From an uncultured Flavobacteriales bacterium (GTDB taxonomy: Bacteria; Bacteroidota; Bacteroidia; Flavobacteriales; BACL11), in assembly GCA_949372805.1 (NCBI GenBank), contig CASIBH010000002.1, positions 6,123 through 70,122 of the forward strand: a DNA stretch of 64,000 nt, in the 5' to 3' direction. The translations under genes were made by a program, and so were the position numbers. The notes under the pieces are model-generated. The model saw nothing but the letters and a program-made list of their open reading frames with translations. It had not been told where the DNA came from and ran no database searches. Positions 30,829 through 42,300 of the stretch are shown here, in pieces; positions within the stretch are counted from its first letter, which is position 1, and each line of letters starts with the position of its first letter.

Positions 30829-31884
30829 ATGCAAAAAAAATCTTTTTTCTATAGATCATTATTTCCTTTTGTATTGTCCTTGTTTATTAGTTTTTCTGCT
30901 TACAGCCAAAGCCTTAAAGACGTAAATTTTGGTTCAGAGTATAGTCTAGATGTTATTAGCTGGAACTTAGAATGGTTTCCAAAAAATGGCCAGACAACTA
31001 TTGATTCTTTAGCCCTGGTAATTAAATCATTAAAGCCAGAAGTTTTAGCCTTACAAGAAATAAATGATGTTTCTGCATTCAATTCCTTACTTACTCAATT
31101 GCCCCAATATGTAGGTAATTTTTCAAGTTTTTCTAATTTAAAGCTTGCCTTTATTTATAAGAAAAGTTTAACCATAAATAATATTTTTACTATTTCTGGC
31201 AATTCAACATATAATTTTGCTGGTAGACCTCCTTATTGTATTGAGATTGAGTATGATAATAACATTTATTATGTTATAAATAACCACTTAAAATGTTGTG
31301 GTGATGGCATCCTTCAGACTTCTGATTCATCTGATGAAGAATTTAGAAGGTTTAGTGCGATGAATATTATTAAGAACTATATTGAAGATAATCTAGATAA
31401 TAAAAGAGTCATAGTTTTGGGTGATTTAAATGATATTCTAACAGATAACTTGAGCAATAATATTTTCCAAGATATTATAAATGATAGCACTAATTTCTAT
31501 TTTGCTGATACCGAGATTGCTTATGGTTCTTCCTCAAACTGGTCATACCCAAATTGGCCTTCGCATTTAGATCATATTTTAATTTCTAATGAGCTATTCT
31601 CTATCTTTAATAGCGATAGTAGCTATATTGAATCTATTCAGATTGATGACTATTTATCTGGTGGTTTTTCTTCCTATGATAATTTATTATCTGATCATAT
31701 GCCTATAGGTATTAGTCTTTACACGGGAAATTTTTCTGCTGTAATAGATGAAAATAAAAGTTTGAAAAATAAATTAGTTCAAAGAATTAATCTCGCAGGA
31801 AAAAATATTAATCATGTTTTTAATCAGCCGATTATAAATATTTATGATAATGGAGATTCAGAAAAAATAATGTTTGTAAAATGA
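30829..31884 (+). CDS. Secreted endonuclease/exonuclease/phosphatase (DNase I-like) with short C-terminal tail
   Basis: SWNLEWFP, ALQEI, NNHLKCC, LGDLND, SHLDHILI and SDH.P catalytic motifs. Confidence 0.9.
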   Translation: MQKKSFFYRSLFPFVLSLFISFSAYSQSLKDVNFGSEYSLDVISWNLEWFPKNGQTTIDSLALVIKSLKPEVLALQEINDVSAFNSLLTQLPQYVGNFSSFSNLKLAFIYKKSLTINNIFTISGNSTYNFAGRPPYCIEIEYDNNIYYVINNHLKCCGDGILQTSDSSDEEFRRFSAMNIIKNYIEDNLDNKRVIVLGDLNDILTDNLSNNIFQDIINDSTNFYFADTEIAYGSSSNWSYPNWPSHLDHILISNELFSIFNSDSSYIESIQIDDYLSGGFSSYDNLLSDHMPIGISLYTGNFSAVIDENKSLKNKLVQRINLAGKNINHVFNQPIINIYDNGDSEKIMFVK

Positions 31885-31915
31885 TTTCCTCCTATTTATT
31901 TTTGAAATTGAATTT

Positions 31916-33007
31916 ATGGATATAAAAATTAATAAATTATCTTCTTTTGTTGATGGCCTTAAAAAACCTCTAATCATTGCTGGTCCTTGTAGTGCTGAGA
32001 GTAATGAGCAGCTTATTTCTACTGCCAGAGAATTAAAGAAAAATTCTATTAATATATTTAGAGCAGGAATCTGGAAACCAAGAACTAGGCCTAATAGTTT
32101 TGAAGGTGTTGGAGTTAAAGGTCTTCAATGGCTCAATAATGTTCAAAAAGAAATAGGTCTAAAGGTAATGACTGAGGTTGCCAATGCAAAGCATGTTGAA
32201 CAGGTTCTAAAGCATGATATTGATATGCTATGGATAGGAGCGAGGACTACAGTTAATCCTTTTGCTGTTCAAGAAATTGCTGATGCTCTTAAGGGAGTTG
32301 ATATCCCCGTTTTTATTAAGAACCCTATCAATCCAGATATGAATCTCTGGCTTGGTGCTATAGAAAGGTTATCAAATGTTGGATGTGAAAATTTAGTTGC
32401 TGTTCATAGAGGTTTTTTCTCCTATGGATCAAAGAAATATAGAAACCTCCCTCATTGGCAGTTACCCGTTGAGCTTAAGAGGTTAATCCCTAATATTCCA
32501 ATTATTTGTGATCCAAGTCATATTGCAGGCTCTAGAGATCTTATCCAGTCTGTTTCTCAGAAAGCCATAGATTTAAATTTTGATGGTTTAATGATTGAGA
32601 CCCATATAGACCCTGATAATGCTCTCAGTGATAAGAACCAGCAAATAACTCCTTCCTTTCTTAATAACCTATTATCTGAGCTAGTTGTAAGACATAAATC
32701 TATAGATGATAAAGAGTTTGCCCTTTCCCTAGAGGAATTAAGAACTAAGATTGATTCATTAGATAATGATTTGATCAATACTTTAATGAATAGAATGAAC
32801 ATAGCAGAGCTTATTGGTAAGCACAAAAAAGAAAATGATGTCACAATCCTCCAGCCTCTAAGGTGGAAGTATATTCTTGAGAATAGAACTATCAATGGAA
32901 TTGATAGTGGATTAAGTAAAGAATTTATGACCTTATTATTAAGAGCTATTCATCAGGAATCAATTAATATTCAGACTGGTGTCATGAATAATAGAAAGAG
33001 AAAATAA
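31916..33007 (+). CDS. Bifunctional DAHP synthase (class I-beta) / C-terminal chorismate mutase
   Basis: IAGPCSAES, WKPRTRP, IGAR, DPSH, GLMIE.H..PD.A.SD; C-terminal LR..ID.LD...R...IG..K AroQ domain. Confidence 0.95.
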   Translation: MDIKINKLSSFVDGLKKPLIIAGPCSAESNEQLISTARELKKNSINIFRAGIWKPRTRPNSFEGVGVKGLQWLNNVQKEIGLKVMTEVANAKHVEQVLKHDIDMLWIGARTTVNPFAVQEIADALKGVDIPVFIKNPINPDMNLWLGAIERLSNVGCENLVAVHRGFFSYGSKKYRNLPHWQLPVELKRLIPNIPIICDPSHIAGSRDLIQSVSQKAIDLNFDGLMIETHIDPDNALSDKNQQITPSFLNNLLSELVVRHKSIDDKEFALSLEELRTKIDSLDNDLINTLMNRMNIAELIGKHKKENDVTILQPLRWKYILENRTINGIDSGLSKEFMTLLLRAIHQESINIQTGVMNNRKRK

Positions 33008-33031
33008 ATACTCTTCCAAATATTTAACAAT

Positions 33032-33065
33032 AAAAAAAGCCTGAATGTGAATCCAGGCTTTTTTT
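33032..33065. terminator. Bidirectional intrinsic terminator
   Basis: AAAAAAAGCCTGAAT-GTGA-ATCCAGGCTTTTTTT between convergent genes. Confidence 0.8.
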
Positions 33066-33083
33066 ATCTTTAATTTTTTATTT

Positions 33084-34001
33084 CTATTGAATAATTATTT
33101 TTCTGTTCACTACATTATTATCTGTAGTTATCTCTAAGAAGTAAACACCTTTAGAATTATCTGTTAGATCAATCTGCTTAGTGTATTCACCAATAAACTG
33201 CTTTGCATTTTCTTCATACACAACCTCGCCCATGATATTTATTACTCTAACACTTAAGTCTTGTATTTTTTCAGATGTAAATCTTATGTTAAAGATATCT
33301 CTGGATGGGTTAGGGTATATATCTAAGTTCTTAATCTGACTTGTAGACTCCATTCTAATAAGTGTTCCAGGCTGTGTCCACATAAGTGGTGATGTCCAGG
33401 TGGATCTAAAAGATGTAACATTAGAATCACAGAATGTTCTTCCTTGAGCCCTATATGACTGTCCAGGAGTTAGCCCAAACTTATTAACAGATAGTGATGG
33501 GTAGTACACACCAAAACCTCCAGCTGTTCCCCAAGCTGCACCTGTAGTATCCACTCTTAATGCTATTCTTGCGAAAACATACGCTCCTGTACTGTCCCAA
33601 GAGAATGTTGCCTTAGCTTGATTTGAATTAAATGTTTGTACAGCCAAGTTAGTCATAGGAGGGCAATCTGCTCCAGTAGTAAAGCTTGCAGGAGAAGAAT
33701 ATCCTGACTGCGTGCCACCACAGTAGAAAGCTTTCATCTTAAACTGGTAAGTAGTTGCAGAAGTTAAGAACTGTAATCTCTTCTCAGTAGTATTAAGACC
33801 AAAATTGCATAGTCCGTTTCCAACTCCTGCTGACTTAGTCACCCAGCTACCATAAGTACCATCTAAGTTGTCAACTCTATATCTTATAAAGTATTTGAAT
33901 ACCATACAAGAGTTATCGTTCATATTATCCCATGAAACTGACGCTTTAGTATCTGTAGTCCAGTTTACAACTAGACCAGAAGGAACAGGACTAGCGCAGT
34001 T
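33084..34001 (-). repeat. Shared C-terminal cassette, copy B
   Basis: High DNA similarity to copies A and C by eye; protein NCASPVPSGL...WTQPGTL...KIIIQ. Confidence 0.9.
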
Positions 34002-35198
34002 TATGTATGTACATGAACCATCGTCACATCCTGCTAGCGGGTTATAGTTATTAGCTAGGGGATCCATACATCCGGGGATAGCATATATGCAGCTTCCATC
34101 ATCCATTGTTGCGCAGGGATTATAGTTACAAGTATTTGGATCAGTACAACCATATAGTGAATAGCAGCATGACCCATCATCTACATTGGCATTTGAATCA
34201 TAGTTTAAAGCTGTAGTATCTGTACATCCATTAAATAAGCACGAAGCATCATCTACTGTTGCTAGTGAGTCATAATTTGAGGCTAAAGAATCTGTACAAC
34301 CAAAAACTGGTGGGTGATGAGCAATAATTACTCCTTTCATTCCCATGCTAACATGTGGCTGACATACATAATAGAATGTATGGCAGTCATCTGGAACGTA
34401 GTATCCAGTAGATCCATAGCCATAGCTAAAACCTCCTTGTAAAGGCGTGCTGCCATTATTTATCCATGTTGAGTCACTTACTTCCACAGCATTATGATAT
34501 CCTCCTAAAATAAAATTAATGGTATCTCCAACATCACAAACAATTGTGTCGGGAGAAAATGTCATTCCCACTGTTGTTATTGTGTAAGAAGAATAATCAC
34601 ATGATCCATCATCTACATTTGCAAGAGAATCATAATTTAGAGCTAAAGAATCCATACATCCAGGAACTGGGGGAGTCCATGCTGCTATGGCATTATCTAA
34701 TAAACTTTCAATATTTCCAGCTGAACTTGTTGAAACACAATATTGTGGGCACATGGTCGTGTATGAACTGTCTGGGTAAATAACATAGAAACTTGGGGTA
34801 TAATATAGTTGATAATTAATTCCCGTTGGAGAAACATTATCTGCAATTGGAAAACTACCTCCATGTGCTGATTGAAAATTTACGATATCGGTGCTATCTG
34901 TATTTGCATTAATCTCTAGTCCTAGAAACCTGGCTACATTAGATCCACTAGGACCATTTGTTAGGTAGGAGCTTTCAACATGAGGGGCATACTGTATGCA
35001 GTGCCCACATGTAGTGCTCAGTAGTTCTAGAACAACAACAAAACCACTATCAAGATAATCATATATTGTGTGTGATGTGCCATTTATATCTGTGACAGTA
35101 AAATTTGGGGCATAGCCTGTTCCATCAAGTCTTCCTTGTTGAGAATAAGAGGTTAACGTAATGACTATTAAACTTATTACTAGAGCAATTTTTTTCAT
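33084..35198 (-). CDS. T9SS cargo: CxxC redoxin domain + cupredoxin domain + 5 GCxD linkers + FN3-like cassette + CTD
   Basis: APNFTVTDING...TTCGHC (TlpA/redoxin-like); FSPDT...GDTI.F...HNA...YVCQPHVSMGM (blue copper); IYPNPSRD...GVYFLEI...KIIIQ. Confidence 0.88.
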   Translation of the reverse strand: MKKIALVISLIVITLTSYSQQGRLDGTGYAPNFTVTDINGTSHTIYDYLDSGFVVVLELLSTTCGHCIQYAPHVESSYLTNGPSGSNVARFLGLEINANTDSTDIVNFQSAHGGSFPIADNVSPTGINYQLYYTPSFYVIYPDSSYTTMCPQYCVSTSSAGNIESLLDNAIAAWTPPVPGCMDSLALNYDSLANVDDGSCDYSSYTITTVGMTFSPDTIVCDVGDTINFILGGYHNAVEVSDSTWINNGSTPLQGGFSYGYGSTGYYVPDDCHTFYYVCQPHVSMGMKGVIIAHHPPVFGCTDSLASNYDSLATVDDASCLFNGCTDTTALNYDSNANVDDGSCCYSLYGCTDPNTCNYNPCATMDDGSCIYAIPGCMDPLANNYNPLAGCDDGSCTYINCASPVPSGLVVNWTTDTKASVSWDNMNDNSCMVFKYFIRYRVDNLDGTYGSWVTKSAGVGNGLCNFGLNTTEKRLQFLTSATTYQFKMKAFYCGGTQSGYSSPASFTTGADCPPMTNLAVQTFNSNQAKATFSWDSTGAYVFARIALRVDTTGAAWGTAGGFGVYYPSLSVNKFGLTPGQSYRAQGRTFCDSNVTSFRSTWTSPLMWTQPGTLIRMESTSQIKNLDIYPNPSRDIFNIRFTSEKIQDLSVRVINIMGEVVYEENAKQFIGEYTKQIDLTDNSKGVYFLEITTDNNVVNRKIIIQ

Positions 35199-35254
35199 AA
35201 TGATATTTTATAAATAAATTTTTATCGAAGATATTAAATTTTTATTTAAGATAT

Positions 35255-35365
35255 AAAAAAAACCCCTTAGAGAATTACTTACTCTAAAGGATTTTTAAAT
35301 TATTATCCTATATAGATAGGATGGTATATAAAAAAAGAAGCCCGAACTAATGTCCGGGCTTCTTT
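35255..35365 (-). terminator. Tandem intrinsic terminators downstream of the giant gene
   Basis: Minus strand: AAAGAAGCCCGGAC-ATTA-GTTCGGGCTTCTTTTTTT, then a small ATCCTAT hairpin, then CCTTTAGAG..CTCTAAGGGGTTTTTTTT. Confidence 0.8.
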
Positions 35366-35387
35366 CAAATTTAAGAACTGATTATCC

Positions 35388-36308
35388 TTATTGGATGATT
35401 AGTTTCTTATTCACCACACCATTAGTAGTTGTGATTTCTAAGAAGTAAACACCTTTAGAATTATCTGTTAGATCAATTTGTTTAGTGTATTCACCAACAA
35501 ACTGCTCTAACGCTTCAGTATAAACAACCTCACCAACTACGTTGATTACTTTAACCTCAAGATCTTGAATGTCTTCTGAAACAAAAGTTACATTGAAGAT
35601 ATCTCTCGATGGGTTAGGGTAAACATCTAAGTTATTGATTGTGTTTCCACCTTCAAATCTTATTGGTAGAGTACCTGGCTGCGTCCATGTAATTGGAGTT
35701 GTCCATGTAGATCTATAAGATGTAACGTTAGAATCACAGAATGTTCTACCTTGAGCTCTGTACGACTGTCCAGGAGTTAAACCGAACTTGTTAACAGTTA
35801 GTGTTGGGTAGTAAATACCGAATCCACCAGCTGTTCCCCAAGTTGCACCTGTAGTATCAACTCTTAATGCAATTCTTGCGAAAACATAAGCTCCTGTAGT
35901 ATCCCAAGAGAATGTAGCTTTAGCTTGATTTCCATTAAATGTTGCAACACTTAAGTTAGTCATAGGAGGACAATCTGCTCCAGTAGTAAAGGTTGCAGGA
36001 GAAGAATATCCTGATTCCGTTCCACCACAGTAGAAAGCTTTCATCTTAAACTGGTAAGTAGTTGCAGCAGTTAAGAACTGTAACCTCTTCTCAGTTGTAT
36101 TAAGACCAAAGTTACATAGTCCGTTACCTACACCAGCTGACTTAGTCACCCAGTTACCATAAGTACCATCAGAATTCACAACTCTAAATCTTACAAAGTA
36201 TTTGAATACCATACAAGAGTTATCGTTCATATTATCCCATGATACTGAAGCTTTAGTATCTGTAGTCCAGTTAACTGATAGTCCAGATGGAACAGGACTT
36301 GCACAGTT
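35388..36308 (-). repeat. Shared C-terminal cassette, copy C
   Basis: High DNA similarity to copies A and B; a diverged fourth copy lies at about 19001-19903. Confidence 0.9.
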
Positions 36309-39300
36309 AAAGTACGTACATGAACCATCGTCAATAGTAGCATTTGGATTGTAGTTAGATGCATTCGGGTCAGTACAACCAGAATAGATACATGAACCAT
36401 CATCCGTGTTTGCACCAGGATAGTAGTTTAATGCACTTGCATCAGTACAACCGTAGATAAATGGAATACATGAACCATCATCACAAGTAGCTAGTGAATC
36501 ATAGTTAACAGAATTCATATCCATACATCCATCAACACAACAAGAACCATCATCAGCAGTAGCTAATGGGTCATAGTTAGATGCTGAAGTATCTGTACAA
36601 CCAAATTGTAGTTGAGTACAAGTACCTACAGTAAATGCATAAGATGCAGTTGAACCAAATGGAAGTGTTCCATAAACTAAAGTTGCACCTGAAGCATCAG
36701 TTAGCGTTACATTTCCAAGAGTTCCTGAAATCCATCCATTTCCAGCAGCATCATGTAAGTTTAATGTATAACAACCATCAACGAAACATGTTGAGTCAGA
36801 AACAGTATTGAATCCATTAGGGAAATTACCATAAGATGCAACAACATATCCTAGATCATCTGTAACATCCCATGACATCTCAGATCCGGCAAAGTCAGTT
36901 ACCGTAGTATGGTAAATTGAATTGTCGTAACAAGTGTATAAACATGAACCATCATCAGTTACAGCTAAAGGATCGTAGTTAACAGCAGTAACATCAGTAC
37001 AACCAACGTTACAAGAACCAGCACCAATCTCTAGGTTTCCAGTAAATGGACATAAAGCACCAGGAGTTGTAGTTCCAAGTAATGTATCTCCATTAGAAGA
37101 AATAATTAACCAATAAACTTCATTTTGCCATGAACCACCATCAACAGTTACCTCGTAACAACCTGTAGCAATACAAGTATTTTCAGCTACATAATTTCCA
37201 GAAGGACCGTAGCTAAAGAAATTAGTATCACCAGCAGCATCAGTAATTAACATATAGTTACCATTCCAGCTATCTCCAAATGTATCAAACATTTGAATTT
37301 CAGCCCAGTCATCTAAACAACAAGTACCGTCATCAGTGTTTGCACCTGAATTATAGTTTGAAGCTAATGGATCTGTACAACCATATAAAAGAGTTATAGT
37401 ATTTGAAACTACAATATTGTCAACAAATACGTTATCACCATTTTGGTAGTATAGATATGGATATTTACAAACACCATCAAATGATAAACTAACTGTCTGA
37501 CCAGCGTAAGCTGATAAGTCATATGATATCGTTGACCATCCATCAGATGTAGCAGTAGCTGCTTGATGATACTCAGTACCATAATTATCCACTAATAATG
37601 TTCCATCAGCAGTTAATCTCATGTAAGCGTAGTTAGGATTAAATGAATACTCCATATTAAGATTAAAAGTAACATTTACAGGATCTCCAGCAGCGTATTG
37701 CGTTAAATCAACACACATAATGTAAGAACCTATCCAGTCACCTTTATCAGCAAAAGCATCTGCACCACTTCCAGGAGTTCCTCCCCAAGGAGCACCACCT
37801 TCAGTATGGAAAGCAATACCTTGACCTAATTGAGCTAGAGTATCAAAGCCAGTAACAGTTTGAGCACCAGCCAATGCGATACCATTTACACCATAACCAA
37901 GACTAAAGTCTTCGTTAGAAGCAAAAGCATCTAAACAAGGAGGGTACGTACAAGAACCATCATCAGTATTTGCACTAGCATCATAGTTTAAAGCTGTGTT
38001 ATCCATACAACCGTATGTGAAACATCCTAACCAAGCTTCAGAGATATCTTTAATCTCGTAAGATCCAGCCATAGTGTTAGAAGAAACATCTCCAGTAGTC
38101 ATCTCAGTAATTTCAAAGAAATTACCATTCCAACCATCACCGAATGAATCAATCATTTCAATTTGGTAACATCCATCATCGAAACATAGTAATGTATCGT
38201 ATGGTGCACCTCCTGAAAGAATAACAGCTCCTGAAGCATCTAGTAAGTTCCAAGAAACTTCACCTTGCCATGAACCACCACCACATGTAATATTTACATA
38301 ATGATTTGTGAAACAGAAGTGACAAGTACCATCATCAGCAGTAGCTAATGGGTCATAGTTAGCAGCTGTAGAATCCATACATCCATCAAGTGGTTGCATA
38401 CATGAACCATCATCAATATTCGCTGAAGGGTTGTAGTTTATCGCAGTAGGATCAGTACAACCAATCACTGGATTAATAACAACCGTAAACGTATCTGTTC
38501 CAGTACAACCGTAACAGTCAGAGTAGTTAACAATATAGTCACCAGCATTCAGGCCAGAGATATCTTGCGTAGTTGCTCCATTCGACCATACATAAGAGTA
38601 TAGAGAAGGACCAATGTACCACATATCCATGTTAGACCATCCACCAGAAAGTTGTGTTCCACCAAATGGACCACCAACAGCATTGTATTCAGCCATGTTA
38701 AATGTACTAGTAAGCCCTAAAGCTGTCCAGTAATTTGGATCATACTCAGCAGCAGAATTTCCCCAGAAGTAATTTTCATCAGCAATGTGATGAGCAATAC
38801 CAATAGTTTGACCAGGTAAAATCTCAAGATCTAATATATTAGTCATTGTAGCTACTTTTGATCCTGGATCACCAAGAATACCATTAGAAATAGCAACTTC
38901 CTCTCCGTGAAGAGTCCAAAGTGTTGGATCTGCCTCAGCACCATTCGCAGTACCTGGAGTAGACCAGATAGAGTTCATTTCAGTACCAGATGAAGTATAT
39001 TGGAAGTAAGTCTTAATTCCACGTACATATAAAGGAATAGATCCATTATTTGTAACATCTTGGAAGAAAGTATTTCCAGTTGAAGCACCTGTCATAATAT
39101 ATGGACCTAAGTAAGAACCATTATTAGTTCCTGGAGCATTAAGATCAATAGAATCTGCATTACAGTAAGAACCATCAGACTCAATGTCAATAGAACCATT
39201 TGCAGCACCTAAAGCAGAAGCATCTACGATAAAGCTGTAAGAAGTTGCTAACTGACAGTAGAAACAAGAACCATCATCGATAGTTTGTCCTGGCTCATAG

Positions 39301-42300
39301 TTAATTGCATTAGGATCGATACAACCTGTACATGAGTAATCACACTGTCCATTATCAGCAGTTGCAAAAGCATCATAGTTACAAGCACCAGGATCAGTAC
39401 ATCCACCAGTAGCTGGGAAACATATTGTGTCTAGGTAAGGAGCTCCACCACCAACAAGTGGCATATTCATAAGGTCTAATGTCCAAACAACATCAGCATC
39501 AGAAGAACCAGAAGTTACTTCAATAATGTAACAACCATCCGCTAAACATAGTGTGTCAAAAGAACCTGGACCAGCATATGTAGCATTAGAGATTAATACA
39601 CCTGCAGCATCAGAGATTGACCATATAGATCCACCCCATGAACCACCAACTGAATTAACATCCATAGATAAGTTGAAACCATTGTCAGCACATGTGAAAC
39701 ATGAACCGTTATCAATAGTTGCTAAAGAATTATAATTAGCAGCAGTAGGATCAGTACAACCATACACACAAGCACCTCCTCCTAAAGAGAATAGAGTTGT
39801 GTTCATGTTTCCATTGATCATAGAAGAATTATCTTGGTAAGCTAAAGTATCACCGTTAAGGTTTGTAACCATAGCCCAACCAGTAGATCCCCAGTTATCT
39901 CCATAAGAATCTTGAGCCTCTAGGATATAACATCCATTGTAAGCACAAATATTAGAGTCAACAACAAATTCATTGTTAGCATAAGGTCCACCTAAAGCTA
40001 CAGTATCTCCTGTTTGTGCATTAATTAATTGCCAGAAGATCTCAGATCCCCAGTAATCACATTGAACAGTAACAGTAAATTCATCATCGTAACCTAAGTA
40101 AGCACAAGAATATTCACAAGTACCATCATCAGTATTTGCACCTGAATCAAAGTTAGTTGCGTTTGCATCTGTACAACCATAGTATATACAAGAACCATCG
40201 TCAGTATTCGCAGTAGCATCATAATTATCCGCTAAAGGATCCATACAACCTAAGTCTGCGCTAGCATTGATGAAGAAAGTTACATCTTCAGAACAACCAA
40301 AGCAGTCAGTAATAGTTACAGTTTGAGGACCAACAGGTAAACCTGAAATATCTTCAGTAGTAGCACCATTTGTCCAAGCATAAGTATAGAATGGATTAGC
40401 ATAGTCTAATCTTCCAGAGAAAGACCAAGAGTTTGCAGATCCAACAGGAGCTAATAATGTACCACCAAAAGAAGGTCCATTGTAAGATCCATTTCCAGTA
40501 GAAGTAGCTAGGTTACCGTCATCATTTACAAAAGTTGTAAATGGACCAGCACCAAAGTTACCATGGAAATAACATTCACCTGGTGTATGGAAAGCAACTC
40601 CCACAGTTTGTCCAGGTTGAACTTGGATTGGAACCATTAATGGAACATCATAATCCCCATTTGAAGCCATAGTTGAAGCCGTAAATCCAAAAGAAGTATG
40701 TTGAGTCCATCCAGCAACTGAAGTTTCATAACCTGCAGCAGTAATTGGTCTAGACCAAACTTCTGCATTTCCAGGAACATTATTATTGTACATGAAGTTA
40801 TTTACATTAGTAATACCAATAGCGGCAGTACCAGTGTTTGTAACATCAAAGTACAAAGTATTTCCAGTAGAAGCACCAGTCATAATATACGGACCAGCCA
40901 TTCCACCTAATGAGTTACCAGTAGCAGCATCTAATGCATCATAAGTAGTTGGGTTAATATAACATGGAGTTCCTCCAGCAGCAGTTAAGTCAATAGAACC
41001 AACAGAATCAAGAGCACTTGTAGTGTTAACAACAACACCTGTACCAGTGATTTGTGTAGGCTCATCTACAAGAACTGTAGTAGAAGCTGAACATCCATTA
41101 GTTGCATCAGAAACAACACATGTGTAAGTTCCAGCCGAAAGACCAGTTACAGCACTTGTGTTACCAACGATACCTCCTGAAGAGTTTAACCATAGGTAAG
41201 AGTCTCCACCACCGTTACTTGCAACAACTAAACACATTGCTTGACCATCATTACCTCCAAAACAAGAAGTTCCAAAAGCATAATTTACAGCGATGTCATA
41301 GTACGTACAAGGAGTTACTTCAAATAAATTAATATTATCAAGTAAAACTTTAGAAGAACTAGTAGAACCAGTTCCAGCGTTACCATATTTACAAGAAGTT
41401 TCAAAAGTTACGTAATGGTTACCATTAGCATAAGCAGTTAAATCATAAGTAAGAACAGTATTTCCTCCCATTGGGTCAACAGGTAAAGTATTGTTATTAT
41501 ATGAAGTATTTCCAATATTATCAGCAACAACGTTTCCATCAACTTTTACTCTAATCCAAGAGTAGTCTCCTGTAAAAGTGTTACTTGTAGCAACCTCAAA
41601 AGTTAAGTTAATAGGGTAGTTAGCACCTCCAGTAGTTAAATCCATACATATAGTAGCAGCAGAAACGTGATCTACATTTGCATAAGCAGAAGTTTCATCA
41701 ACTGGATTTGACATAACCAGCTAAACCACCACCTTCAAATTGTAAACTTGTAGTATCAGCAATAGCATTAACATTTGTTAAAGACACTTGAGATTCAGCA
41801 CCTGAATAAGTAGTCCAGTTATTTGCAGTTAAGTTATTTGATTCAAAATCATCTGTAAAAGCTATAGTGTTACAAGGAGGGTACACACAAAGTGAGTTAT
41901 CCGTAACATTACAAGTTCCACAGTAGTTAGATGCATAGATATCAGTACATCCTGTAAATAAACAAGATCCATCATCAATAGTTGCATTAGGGTCGTAGTT
42001 ATCCGCGAAAGGATCCATACAACCTTGTACAGGAAGTTCCATGAACCTTAAAAGATCAATAGCCATATCAGAAGTAAAAGAAGTACCTGTTTCAGCTTGT
42101 ACTCTCACAGAAATCTGTGTAGTGTAAGCTCCTAGGTCAACAATTGCTTCCGTCCATTGGTCTCCTTGATCTCCAGATAATGTCCACTCTTCCGTCCAAG
42201 TAAGACCAGCATCTGTAGAAACATCAACACTTAAAGTTCCCATAGTTGCACCATACATATGGTAAGCAAATACAAAAGTTAAGTTATTCCAAGCAGCAGC

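Noticed and set aside
9881-36308. Diversity-generating retroelement (template/variable repeat) as the explanation for the repeated cassette
   Set aside because: No reverse transcriptase is in the window. The repeats are ~0.9 kb and all coding, and the mismatches look mostly synonymous rather than adenine-specific.
41698-41714. Programmed frameshift or phase variation in the giant gene
   Set aside because: There is no slippery heptamer, homopolymer or frame-changing short repeat at the break (GGT TAT G TCA AAT), and the paralog reads through.
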